Shown here in pieces: positions 7,482-16,386 of a stretch of 64,000 bases of DNA. The translations under genes were made by a program, and so were the position numbers. Position 1 is the stretch's first letter, and each line of letters begins with the position of its first letter. The notes beneath the pieces were generated by a model, which did no database searches, had not been told where the DNA came from, and was given only the letters and a program-made list of their open reading frames with translations. The DNA is from an uncultured Chloroflexia bacterium (GTDB taxonomy: Bacteria > Chloroflexota > Limnocylindria > Limnocylindrales > CSP1-4), in assembly GCA_963788375.1 (NCBI GenBank), contig CAWBGT010000001.1:7467-71466 (forward strand). Reading direction: 5' to 3'.

Positions 7482-9473
7482 GTGCCCTCCCTCGATCCCG
7501 CCGCCCTCCTCGCCGATCTTGACCCCGAGCAGCGCGAGGCGGTGCTCGCCACGGGCGGCCCGGTTGCGATCCTCGCGGGTGCCGGCAGCGGGAAGACACG
7601 GGTCATCAGCCGCAGAACCGCGTACGCGATCGCCACCAAGGTGGTTCCCGCGGACGAGGTGCTGGTCGTCACGTTCACGGACAAGGCCGCGAGCGAGATG
7701 GTGGGACGGCTGCGCGACCTCGGCCTGCGCGGGGTGACCGCGCGCACGTTCCACGCTCACGCCCTCAGCCAGCTGCGGTTCTACTGGCCGCTGCGCCACG
7801 ACGGCGAACCGCTGCCCGCGCTGCTGGACTCCAAGGCGCCGATCCTGGGCCGGCTGGCCCGCCAGCTCCCGGGCCACTACCGCTTCACGCCCGCCAAGGA
7901 CCTGGCCGACGAGATCGAGTGGGCGAAGTCGCGGCGCATCCTGCCGCCGGATTACGAGCGGCGAGCAGCGGACCGGGAGCCGCCCATTCCCGTCGACCTG
8001 TTCGTCGGGATCTATGGCGGCTACGAGCGCGCCAAGACCACGGCCGGCCGCATCGATTTCGACGACCTCCTGCTCGAGACCGTCGCGCTGCTCGAGACGG
8101 ACGAGGAGGCTTCGGAGACGATCCGCGCCCGCAAGCGCTGGTTCAGCGTGGACGAGTACCAGGACACGAACCCGCTCCAGGAGCGGCTCCTCGAGCTGTG
8201 GGTCGGCGACCGGCGGGACCTGTGCGTGGTTGGCGACGAGGACCAGACGATCTATGCGTTCACGGGTGCGTCGTCAGCCTTTCTCACCTCGTTTGCGGAC
8301 CGGTGGCAGGGCGCGACGGTGGTCTCGCTCGTGCGCAACTACCGCTCGACGCCCCAGGTCCTGGACCTGGCCAACCGGTTGATCGCGGCGGAGGGCCGCA
8401 CGAAGCGCCTCGTCCCGACCCGCGCCGCAGGTCCGGTCCCCATGATCTCCCGGCATCGGACGGCGGAGCTGGAGCTGGCAGCGCTGATCACGGCCATCGG
8501 CGAGCGGATCGCGGCGGGGACGGCCCCCGCGGAGGTCGCCGTCCTGGTCCGGATGAACGCCCAGCTGGCGCCGATCGAGGAGGCGCTGACCCGTGCGGGC
8601 ATCGCCTACCAGGTCCGCGGCACGCGCTTCTACGACCGGCCCGAGGTGCGCGCCGCGATCGCGAGCCTGCGGCGCCCCGCGATCGCGGCCAAGGGCCCCG
8701 ATCTCCCGGCAGCGATTCGGGCGCGCTGGACCGAGGCGGTGGGGTACGAGGAGGACGGGTCCCCGGATGGCGACGAGGCTCGCGAGCGCCAGGCTTCCCT
8801 GGAGACGCTGCTCGCGATCGTGGACGTGGTTGCCGAGGGGGACCTCGCGACTGACGCCTCGGTGGTCGTCGCCGAGCTTGAGCGTCGGGCCGCCCACGAG
8901 CGTGACGGCTCTGCCGATGGCGTCAACCTGCTCACCTACCATCGCGCCAAGGGTCTCGAATGGGACGCCGTGTTCCTGCCGTCGCTGGAAGAGGGGATTC
9001 TGCCGATCCGCCAGGCCAAGGACGACGACGCCGCGGTCGCCGAGGAGCGCCGGCTCCTCTACGTGGGGATCACGCGAGCCCGGGAGCACCTGGCCCTCTC
9101 GTGGGCCGAACGACGGGAGAACCGCGGCCGCGACGGGCGCCGTCAGCCCAGCCGGTTCCTGCTGGACCTGCGGCCGTCACCGGGGACGACGATCACGAAC
9201 CTTGCCGGGCCGCCCGCGGCCGAACGGATCCGGCGTCGCAGCGATTCGGACGATCCCGTGTTCGAGGCGCTGCGCGCCTGGCGCCTTGCCGTCGCGAGAG
9301 AGGAGGGAGTGCCGCCGTACGTCATCGCCCACGACGCGACGCTGCTGGCCATCGCCGAGACCCGGCCCCGGACGCCGGCGGGACTCCGACGGGTGAAGGG
9401 CATGGGGCCCGCCAAGCTGGACAGGTACGGCGACGGAATCCTCGCGGTCATCGAGGCGGCGCTGGCTGACTGA
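7482..9473 (+). CDS. UvrD/PcrA-family ATP-dependent DNA helicase with C-terminal HRDC domain
   Basis: 663-aa ORF. Walker A AGAGSGKTRV, motif VVTFTDKAASEM, Walker B DEYQDTN and motif LRNYRST. C-terminal DPVFEALRAWRLAVAREEGVPPYVIAHDATL is HRDC-like. Confidence 0.9.
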   Translation: MPSLDPAALLADLDPEQREAVLATGGPVAILAGAGSGKTRVISRRTAYAIATKVVPADEVLVVTFTDKAASEMVGRLRDLGLRGVTARTFHAHALSQLRFYWPLRHDGEPLPALLDSKAPILGRLARQLPGHYRFTPAKDLADEIEWAKSRRILPPDYERRAADREPPIPVDLFVGIYGGYERAKTTAGRIDFDDLLLETVALLETDEEASETIRARKRWFSVDEYQDTNPLQERLLELWVGDRRDLCVVGDEDQTIYAFTGASSAFLTSFADRWQGATVVSLVRNYRSTPQVLDLANRLIAAEGRTKRLVPTRAAGPVPMISRHRTAELELAALITAIGERIAAGTAPAEVAVLVRMNAQLAPIEEALTRAGIAYQVRGTRFYDRPEVRAAIASLRRPAIAAKGPDLPAAIRARWTEAVGYEEDGSPDGDEARERQASLETLLAIVDVVAEGDLATDASVVVAELERRAAHERDGSADGVNLLTYHRAKGLEWDAVFLPSLEEGILPIRQAKDDDAAVAEERRLLYVGITRAREHLALSWAERRENRGRDGRRQPSRFLLDLRPSPGTTITNLAGPPAAERIRRRSDSDDPVFEALRAWRLAVAREEGVPPYVIAHDATLLAIAETRPRTPAGLRRVKGMGPAKLDRYGDGILAVIEAALAD

Positions 9474-9497
9474 GGCAGCCCGGCTGATCGCAGACGC

Positions 9498-9529
9498 GAC
9501 GACGCCGCCGGCGTTGCCGGCGGCGTCGT
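9498..9529. terminator. putative bidirectional intrinsic terminator hairpin between convergent genes
   Basis: Inverted repeat acgacgccgccggc-gtt-gccggcggcgtcgt lies between the UvrD stop (9473) and the stop of the minus-strand secreted protein (9546). Confidence 0.5.
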
Positions 9530-9545
9530 TCAGGGCCCGGGGTGG

Positions 9546-11390
9546 CTACTTGAGGACGAGGAAGGCGTCGACCATGGCGCGCCGACCCGACTGGTTGTTC
9601 TTGACCCAGATCGCGTGCGACCCGGCCTTGGTCCAGTTCACAGTCTTGATGATCTGGCCCTGGTGGGTCGTCGAGGCCCGCAGGTTGCGCCGGCTCGCGC
9701 CGGCGCCGTCGATGGAGACCTTGACGTAGCCGCCCTTGGCGGTCTTGGGCGCGACGTACATGACGGCCATGCCGCTGAAGGCCAGCGAGGCCTTCTTGCC
9801 GTAGGAGGTCGTGTACTTGTAGCCGCTGCCGCTGGCCGCGTTCGTCTTGACCGACCTCCACGTGCCGGTGAACTTCACCGGCGCACCGCCCTGGTAGGCG
9901 GCGATGGAACGCGTGGCGGAGGTGACCCAGCCCGAGACGTTGGCGTTGTTGTCGGTCGCCCGGACGCGCCAGGCGAGCGAGGTGCCGAAGCCGTACGCAC
10001 GGGTGATCGAGGTGGCGGTGCCGGAGTACAGGTGGACGAAGGTGCCGCTGCCAACCCTGACCTCGACCTCGTAGGTCTTGACGCCCACGCCGGCATCGGT
10101 GGCCGACCATGCGATCCTGAGCGGGGCCGTCTGGTCGACGCGGGCCGCGGTACCGAAGCCGACCGTGGGCGTGGCGACCACCGGGGCGGCGTCGTCGACG
10201 ATGACGTGGACCGTGAGCGTGCCCGTGTCGGTCAGGGCGCCGTCACTGACGGTGTAGGTGATGACCGCGTCTCCGGTGAAGGCCGGCGCAGGCATGAACC
10301 TGATCTTGTTGGCCACGATCGTGGCAGTGCCCTGCGCCGCATCGACGTCCACGCCGGTGATCGTGAGCGCATCGCCATCACCGTCCTCGTCGTTGGCCAG
10401 GACGTCGTACTGGGCGGCAGCCGAGGCCTGGGCGACGGTCGCGCTGTCGTCCGTGGCGACCGGGGCGTCCGGAATCGAGGTCACCGTGATGTCGACGGCT
10501 GCGGTGCTGGAGTCGATGATCCCGTCGTTGACCTTGAAGGTGAACTGATCGGAGCCGTGGTAGTTCTCGTCGGGCGCGTATGTGCAGTCTGCGCCGGTGC
10601 AGTCCACGTCACCGTGGCCCGGCTGGTCGACGATCGCATACGCGAGCTCGCCGCCGTCCGCGTCCGAGCCCGTGAGCGTGATCGGGAGGGGGGTGTCCTC
10701 GTCCGTGGCGACACTGTCGGCATTGGCTACCGGGACGGCGTTGACCGTGATGGTCACCGTGGCCGTGTTCGAATCCAGGTCGCCGTCGTTGGCCCTGAAG
10801 GTGAATGAGTCCGGGCCGCGGTAGCCGTCGGCCGGGTGGTAGGTGACGCCGGGCGCGGTCCCCGTCAGGGTCCCGTGCGCGGGATCGTCAACGATCGCAA
10901 AGGACAGGGCACTGCCTTCCGCGTCGGTGGCGGCCAGGCTGATCTCCTTGGCCTCGTCCACGCTGGTGGCGACGGCCTGATCGCTCGCAACCGGCGCGTC
11001 GTTGACCGCGCTGACCGTGATCAGGATGTAGCCCAGTGCCAGGGTGCCGTTGGCGCTCGCGTGATAGGTGGTGGTGGTGTTGCCAGACCAGTTGGCCTTG
11101 GGCGTGTAGAGGTAGTCGCCATTGGTCGCGATGGTCAGCGTGCCGTACGTGCCGGCGATCGGCGTGAAGCCCGCGACCGTGAGCGTGCCGCCGTCGGACG
11201 TGTCGTTGGTGAGCACGTTGCCCGAGATCGGCGTGTCCTCGGCCGTGTCGATGTAGTCCATGCCCGGGGTGACGACGGTCGCCGCGGCGAAGACCGCCGG
11301 GCTCATGGCGCTCAGCAGCAACGAGCCCCCGAGGAGTCCGACCGCAAGCCTGCGGAGCGGCACGACGCCAGCTGGTGATCGACTGCGCAC
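9546..11390 (-). CDS. secreted protein with tandem Ig-like/cadherin-like (VCBS-type) repeats and a C-terminal putative carbohydrate-binding/lectin-like domain
   Basis: Chosen start GTG at 11390 (GAGAGGGA RBS upstream) gives signal peptide RSRSPAGVVPLRRLAVGLLGGSLLLSAMSPAVFAAA. Repeats read VNDAPVA...D..V..DED. The last about 130 aa are similar to the C-terminus of the 59314..63015 protein. Confidence 0.7.
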   Translation of the reverse strand: MRSRSPAGVVPLRRLAVGLLGGSLLLSAMSPAVFAAATVVTPGMDYIDTAEDTPISGNVLTNDTSDGGTLTVAGFTPIAGTYGTLTIATNGDYLYTPKANWSGNTTTTYHASANGTLALGYILITVSAVNDAPVASDQAVATSVDEAKEISLAATDAEGSALSFAIVDDPAHGTLTGTAPGVTYHPADGYRGPDSFTFRANDGDLDSNTATVTITVNAVPVANADSVATDEDTPLPITLTGSDADGGELAYAIVDQPGHGDVDCTGADCTYAPDENYHGSDQFTFKVNDGIIDSSTAAVDITVTSIPDAPVATDDSATVAQASAAAQYDVLANDEDGDGDALTITGVDVDAAQGTATIVANKIRFMPAPAFTGDAVITYTVSDGALTDTGTLTVHVIVDDAAPVVATPTVGFGTAARVDQTAPLRIAWSATDAGVGVKTYEVEVRVGSGTFVHLYSGTATSITRAYGFGTSLAWRVRATDNNANVSGWVTSATRSIAAYQGGAPVKFTGTWRSVKTNAASGSGYKYTTSYGKKASLAFSGMAVMYVAPKTAKGGYVKVSIDGAGASRRNLRASTTHQGQIIKTVNWTKAGSHAIWVKNNQSGRRAMVDAFLVLK

Positions 11391-11704
11391 GTGTGTATCC
11401 CTCTCGCGCCGTCGGTTGGGTGAGGGACGGATCGCCGCCGACTGGCCTCTTCCGGTCTGCCATGACCGCACGACGTGGAGCCCGGCTGAGTCGCGCTCGG
11501 CCTGTGGCCGGGCGGCGCGCGTCCTGCTGGCCTCATCGAGGGACGGACCGCCGATTCCCCTGGCTGGGCAATCGACGGCGGCGGACCGGCCGGCGCGCAC
11601 GGGCTCGCTCCATGCATCCTTGCGCGTCGGGCCCTGGTTGGCCACGAGTCGAAAGTCCCACGACGAATGGCGAACTTGCGGGGTGCCTGCTCGGGTGCGG
11701 TCCG

Positions 11705-12499
11705 TCAGGCCGCGAGATCTCGACGCCGGAATACCCACAGGGCGCCCAGCCAGCCGCCCAGGGCAACCAGGACGAACAGCGCCATGTCGGCCAGCGGGAT
11801 GGCGCCCTGATCGATCAGCTCCGTCGTGCGGAAGTGGTCCCACGCGGAAAGCGGGGCCAGCCAGGCAAGGTCCGCGCTGATCTGGGTCACGACGTAGATG
11901 AGGTACATCGCAACCAGGATCCCGGCCACGATCCCCGACGCTCGCCCGCGGCTGAGGGCAAGTACGGCCAGCAGAGATGTCACCCCGGCGATCGCACACC
12001 CGAAGAGCCAGGACAGCACGGCCGCAAGGGCGAAGCCTCCGGGGTCGAACTCGACCCCCACCAGCCTGGCCGCGAGCCACAGCCCACCTACCGTGGCCAC
12101 CGCAACGATCGCCATTGCGACGGCCTGGCCCACGATCGAGGCCGACAGGTACCCGATGCGGGAGATGGGCGTCGCCAGGGGGAGGTCGAGGAATCCGCGA
12201 TCGAGGTCTACCGCGACGCGCGTCCCGATCAGGAGGGCCACCACTGCGGCCATGATCGGCCACAGCCAGGACGAGATGTAGGTGGTGTAGAACACGCCCG
12301 GGTCGGACAGCGCGCCGGTCATGCCGAAGGCGGCCAGGAACTCCTTCGGGAAGGTCTGCATGTACTCGGTGAACAGCTTGTCGTTCTCGACCATGATCGG
12401 GTACATGACCGCCATCACGGCCCCGTAGAGCGCCATCGTCAGGCCAAGCCACAGCGTGAGCGACCGGTTGCGGCGGAGCTCCAGGCGGAACGCGGTCAT
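11705..12499 (-). CDS. ABC-2 family transporter permease
   Basis: 264-aa ORF with 6 hydrophobic helices; ATGA overlap with the upstream ATPase stop (12496-12499). Confidence 0.8.
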   Translation of the reverse strand: MTAFRLELRRNRSLTLWLGLTMALYGAVMAVMYPIMVENDKLFTEYMQTFPKEFLAAFGMTGALSDPGVFYTTYISSWLWPIMAAVVALLIGTRVAVDLDRGFLDLPLATPISRIGYLSASIVGQAVAMAIVAVATVGGLWLAARLVGVEFDPGGFALAAVLSWLFGCAIAGVTSLLAVLALSRGRASGIVAGILVAMYLIYVVTQISADLAWLAPLSAWDHFRTTELIDQGAIPLADMALFVLVALGGWLGALWVFRRRDLAA

Positions 12500-13470
12500 C
12501 CCGGGACCTCCGCGGGGGGCTCCGGCGGGGCAGGCCGAGCCTCGGGCGGTGAGACAGGCCGGGGCTCAGGCGGCAACTCAGGCGGAGACTCGGCACGGTA
12601 CTGCCTGAGGAACAGGTCCTCCACGTCGGGTGTCGTGATCGCGATGTCGGTCACCCGGTGCGTGGCGATCCGGGCCAGGAGCGGGTTGATGTCGCCGCGG
12701 ACCATGAGGTGCACCTCGCGGCCGGTGAGGGCAGCGATCTCCACGTTGGGCAGCTGGAAGTCCGATTCATGGGCCGGGTGGGCGAGGACGAGATTGATGG
12801 AGCGCCAGTGCGAGCCGAGCAGCTCTGTGACGTTGCTGATCTCCGCGATCCGGCCGTCCCGGATGATCGCCACCCGGTCGCAGGCGCGCTCCACCTCGAC
12901 CAGGTTGTGGCTGGACAGGAAGACCGTGCGTCCCTCCTCGCGCACCTCGGCCAGGAGGGCCATGAACTGGCGCTGCATGAGCGGGTCCAGCCCGCTCGTC
13001 GGCTCGTCCAGGATCAGCAGCGGCTCACGGCCCATGAACGCCGCCACGACGCCGATCTTCTGGCGGTTGCCCCGGCTGAGCTTGCGGATCCGGACGGTCG
13101 GATCGAGCTCGAGCTGCTCCGCCAGACGGGTCCAGCAGCCGCGGGAGAGGCCGCGCAGCGCCCCGAGGTAGTCCAGTTGCTCCGCGCCGGTCAGCTCGCC
13201 GAGGAACCCCGGGTCGCTGCCGAGGTAGGCGACGTTGCGGTGCAGGCGTGGGGCGGACTCGAAGGGGTCTTCCCCGAACAGTCGCGCCGAACCGCCGGTC
13301 GCGCGCAGGTAGCCCATGAGGAGCCGGATGGTGGTCGTCTTGCCGGCGCCGTTGGGGCCCAGGAACCCGAACGCCTCACCTTCCGCGACGTCGAACACGA
13401 CATCCTCCACGCCGCGCCGCGAACCGTAGAACTTGGTGAGGCCGGACGCCTCGATGACGAGGTTGGTCAT
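12496..13470 (-). CDS. ABC transporter ATP-binding protein
   Basis: Walker A GPNGAGKTTT, signature LSRGNRQK, Walker B LLILDEPTSGLD. The internal ATG at 13470 with GGGAG RBS is preferred over the ORF's first ATG at 13491. Confidence 0.85.
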   Translation of the reverse strand: MTNLVIEASGLTKFYGSRRGVEDVVFDVAEGEAFGFLGPNGAGKTTTIRLLMGYLRATGGSARLFGEDPFESAPRLHRNVAYLGSDPGFLGELTGAEQLDYLGALRGLSRGCWTRLAEQLELDPTVRIRKLSRGNRQKIGVVAAFMGREPLLILDEPTSGLDPLMQRQFMALLAEVREEGRTVFLSSHNLVEVERACDRVAIIRDGRIAEISNVTELLGSHWRSINLVLAHPAHESDFQLPNVEIAALTGREVHLMVRGDINPLLARIATHRVTDIAITTPDVEDLFLRQYRAESPPELPPEPRPVSPPEARPAPPEPPAEVPG

Positions 13471-13791
13471 GGAACTCCCGTGGCGGGTCACGACGCACGT
13501 GCGTCGTGAGCGGCCCGGCCCACGTGGGGCACCATATCGTCATGCCGGCTGCACGATTCTCGACAGGGCCGGACGTCCCGATGAAAGGTGTTGCGGGCCC
13601 GACGCTCGCGCCCGGGCCGGGCGGGCCCGGGCCGGGCCTCTGGGGCCCGGTTGCGCCCGGGTCGGGCCTGGATCCGGCGGATGAGGCCTCGTATGTGCCC
13701 GGAACGGGCCTGTCAGACACGCTCGCGATCCGAACGGCCGGGTCCGCCTCGGGTGACCCCGTACGTGCCCGATAGCGGGCCTGTCAGGCCC

Positions 13792-13926
13792 GGCCGCGTG
13801 ATGAACCGGGGGGCCGCGTGATGAACCGGGGGGCCGCGTGATGAACCCCGGGCCGCGTGATGAACCGGGGGGCCGCGTGATGAACCCCGGGCCGCGTGAT
13901 GAACCGGGGGGCCGCGTGATGAACGG
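13792..13926. repeat. tandem repeat, about 20-bp unit ggccgcgtgatgaaccgggg, about 7 copies
   Basis: Direct reading. Lies in the intergenic region between the ABC ATPase start (13470) and the ABC exporter stop (14323). Confidence 0.85.
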
Positions 13927-14077
13927 GGGCTGATTGCGCCGCCCACCGGTTCAACCGTCGGCTGAAGCCGCCAACGAGCCGCTCACCGGCACGTTGGGTG
14001 GTCCCAGGAGCCTCTGCACCCAACCGACGTGCCGCCAGGCGGCGCAAACCGGCTTGCACCCTACCGTTCCGCCGCCG

Positions 14078-14290
14078 GGCGGCGCACGCAACGGCGGCGC
14101 ACGCAACGGCGGCGCACGCAACGGCGGCGCACGCAACGGCGGCGCACGCAACGGCGGCGCACGCAACGGCGGCGCCGCAACGGCGGCGACGCGCGACGGC
14201 GGCGCACGCAACGGCGGCGCACGCAACGGCGGCGCACGCAGCGCGGGCGCACGCAACGGCGGCGCACGCAGCGCGGGCGCCCGCAACGCG
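14078..14290. repeat. tandem repeat, 15-bp unit ggcggcgcacgcaac, about 13-14 copies
   Basis: Direct reading. The copies are almost perfect, with variants ggcgccgcaac and gcgcgggcgcacgcaac. Confidence 0.85.
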
Positions 14291-14322
14291 CCCGCCCCGC
14301 CCGCCCGTCGCCGCGGGACCCG

Positions 14323-16386
14323 CTAGGCCACGGCCTCCTCGAACTGGCTGGCGTACAGCTCGTGGTAGAAGCCGTTGGCCGCGAGCAGCTCGTCGTGCGT
14401 GCCCTGCTCCACGATCGTGCCCTCGTTCATCACGAGGATCAGGTCCGCGTCGCGGATCGTGGACAGGCGGTGCGCGATCACGAACGACGTCCGACCGTGC
14501 ATCAGCCGGGACATCGCGCGCTGGATGAGCACCTCGGTCCGCGTGTCCACGGACGAGGTCGCCTCGTCGAGGATGAGGATCGGCGGGTCGGCCAGGAAGG
14601 CCCTGGCGATGGTGAGCAACTGCTTCTCCCCGGCGGAGACGTTGGTGGCGTCGTCGTCGAGCACGGTCTCGTAGCCGTCGGGCAGCGTGCGGACGAAGTG
14701 GTCCACATGGGCCGCCTCGACCGCATCGTGGAACGTGGCATCGGGAACGGGCCCATCGGCGCCGTACTCGATGTTCTCGCGAATGGTGCCGTTGAACAGC
14801 CACGCGTCCTGGAGGACCATCCCGAACGTGCGGCGCAGGTTGTCCCGCGTCAACTCGCGGGTCTCGATGCCATCCACCGTGATCCGCCCGCCATCGACAT
14901 CGTAGAAGCGCATCAGCAGGTTGACGAGCGTGGTCTTGCCGGCTCCGGTCGGACCGACGATCGCCACCGTCTGCCCGGGCTCCACGACCAGCGACAGGTC
15001 GTCGATGAGCGGCTTGTCGGGCAGGTAGCGGAACGCGATGTCGTCGAAGGTCACGCGGCCCGCGGCCGGCTCCTCGAGCACACGCGGGGTCACCGGATCG
15101 GGGATCTCCTCGGCCTCGTCGAGGAGCTCGAACACGCGCTCCGCGGAGGCCACGGCGCTCTGGAGCACGTTCATGATCGAGGCGACCTGGATGATCGGGA
15201 AGGTGAACTGGCGCGAGTACTGGATGAACGCCTGCACATCGCCCAGGCTCATCTGGCCGTTCGCGACCTGGACACCGCCGATGACGGCGATCGCCACGTA
15301 GTTGAGGTTCGAGATAAAGCTCATGGCCGGCTGGATCATCCCGGACAGGAACTGCGCCCGGTAGCTGGCCTGGTAGAGCTCCTCGTTGAGCTCGTCGAAG
15401 TTGGTGATCGCCTCCTCCTGGCGGCCGAACAGCTTCACGATGGCGTGACCGGTGTGCATCTCCTCGACGTGGCCGGTGAGGTCTCCCGTCCGCTCCCACT
15501 GGGCCGCGAACTGGACCTGGGAGCGCTTCGCGATGAGCACGGTCACCAGGATGGAGGCCGGCACCGCAAGCAGCGAGATCACGGCCAGCAGCGGGCTGAT
15601 CGTCAGCATCATGATCAGGACGCCCACCACGGTGAGCGCCGCGGTGATCAGCTGGGTCAGGCTCTGCTGCAGCGTCTGGCTGATGTTGTCGATGTCGTTG
15701 GTGACGCGCGACAGGATGTCGCCTCGCAATTCACGGTCGAAGTAGGCGAGCGGGAGGCGGCCCAGCTTGAGGTCGACCCGGGCCCGCAGGCGGTAGACGG
15801 TGCGCTGGGTGACGCCGGCCATGATCCAGGCCTGGGCCCAGGCGAAGATCGAGCTCAGTGTGTACACGAGGGTGGCCAGCAGGAGGATCTGGGCCAGGAG
15901 GGTGAAGTCCACCCCGACGCCCGGGATGACGTTCATGCTCGCCAGCATGTCCGCGAAGTTCGTCTGTCCCTGCGCCTGCAGCCCGGCGACGATCTCGTCC
16001 TTGGGCACGCCCGCAAAGCCCATCTCGCCGAGCTGCTTGCCCACGATGCCGTTGAAGATGACGTTCGTGGCCTCGCCCAGGATCTTGGGGCCGATGATCG
16101 CGAGGAAGACGCTGATGACGCCAAGGCCGACCACGATGGCGACCAGGATCCGCTCGGGAGCCAGCTCGCGCATCAGCCGCCCGAAGGAGGTGCGGAAGCT
16201 CCGGGGCTTGGCCACGGGCATCATCATTCCCATGTGGGGCGGTCCGCCCCCGGGACCGGGACCGCCAGGCCGTCCGCCCGACCCGGGGCCGCCAGGCCGT
16301 GCACCCGGTCCGCCCGGGCCCTGGCTGCCGTGCCCGCCCGGTCCGCCCGAGCCACCGCCGCCGGGCCGGCCCATCGGGCCGCTCAC
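14323..16386 (-). CDS. ABC exporter, fused permease-ATPase (type I exporter half-transporter) with Gly/Pro-rich N-terminal extension
   Basis: 687-aa ORF. Six TM helices followed by Walker A GPTGAGKTTL, LSAGEKQLL and ILILDEATSSVD. 4-bp overlap with the upstream gene (16383-16386). Confidence 0.85.
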   Translation of the reverse strand: MSGPMGRPGGGGSGGPGGHGSQGPGGPGARPGGPGSGGRPGGPGPGGGPPHMGMMMPVAKPRSFRTSFGRLMRELAPERILVAIVVGLGVISVFLAIIGPKILGEATNVIFNGIVGKQLGEMGFAGVPKDEIVAGLQAQGQTNFADMLASMNVIPGVGVDFTLLAQILLLATLVYTLSSIFAWAQAWIMAGVTQRTVYRLRARVDLKLGRLPLAYFDRELRGDILSRVTNDIDNISQTLQQSLTQLITAALTVVGVLIMMLTISPLLAVISLLAVPASILVTVLIAKRSQVQFAAQWERTGDLTGHVEEMHTGHAIVKLFGRQEEAITNFDELNEELYQASYRAQFLSGMIQPAMSFISNLNYVAIAVIGGVQVANGQMSLGDVQAFIQYSRQFTFPIIQVASIMNVLQSAVASAERVFELLDEAEEIPDPVTPRVLEEPAAGRVTFDDIAFRYLPDKPLIDDLSLVVEPGQTVAIVGPTGAGKTTLVNLLMRFYDVDGGRITVDGIETRELTRDNLRRTFGMVLQDAWLFNGTIRENIEYGADGPVPDATFHDAVEAAHVDHFVRTLPDGYETVLDDDATNVSAGEKQLLTIARAFLADPPILILDEATSSVDTRTEVLIQRAMSRLMHGRTSFVIAHRLSTIRDADLILVMNEGTIVEQGTHDELLAANGFYHELYASQFEEAVA

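Noticed and set aside
9546-12596. 1016-aa ORF extending the secreted Ig-like protein upstream to 12596
   Set aside because: The upstream 400 codons are antisense to the ABC permease gene and have junk composition. A GTG start with RBS and signal peptide at 11390 gives a sensible protein.
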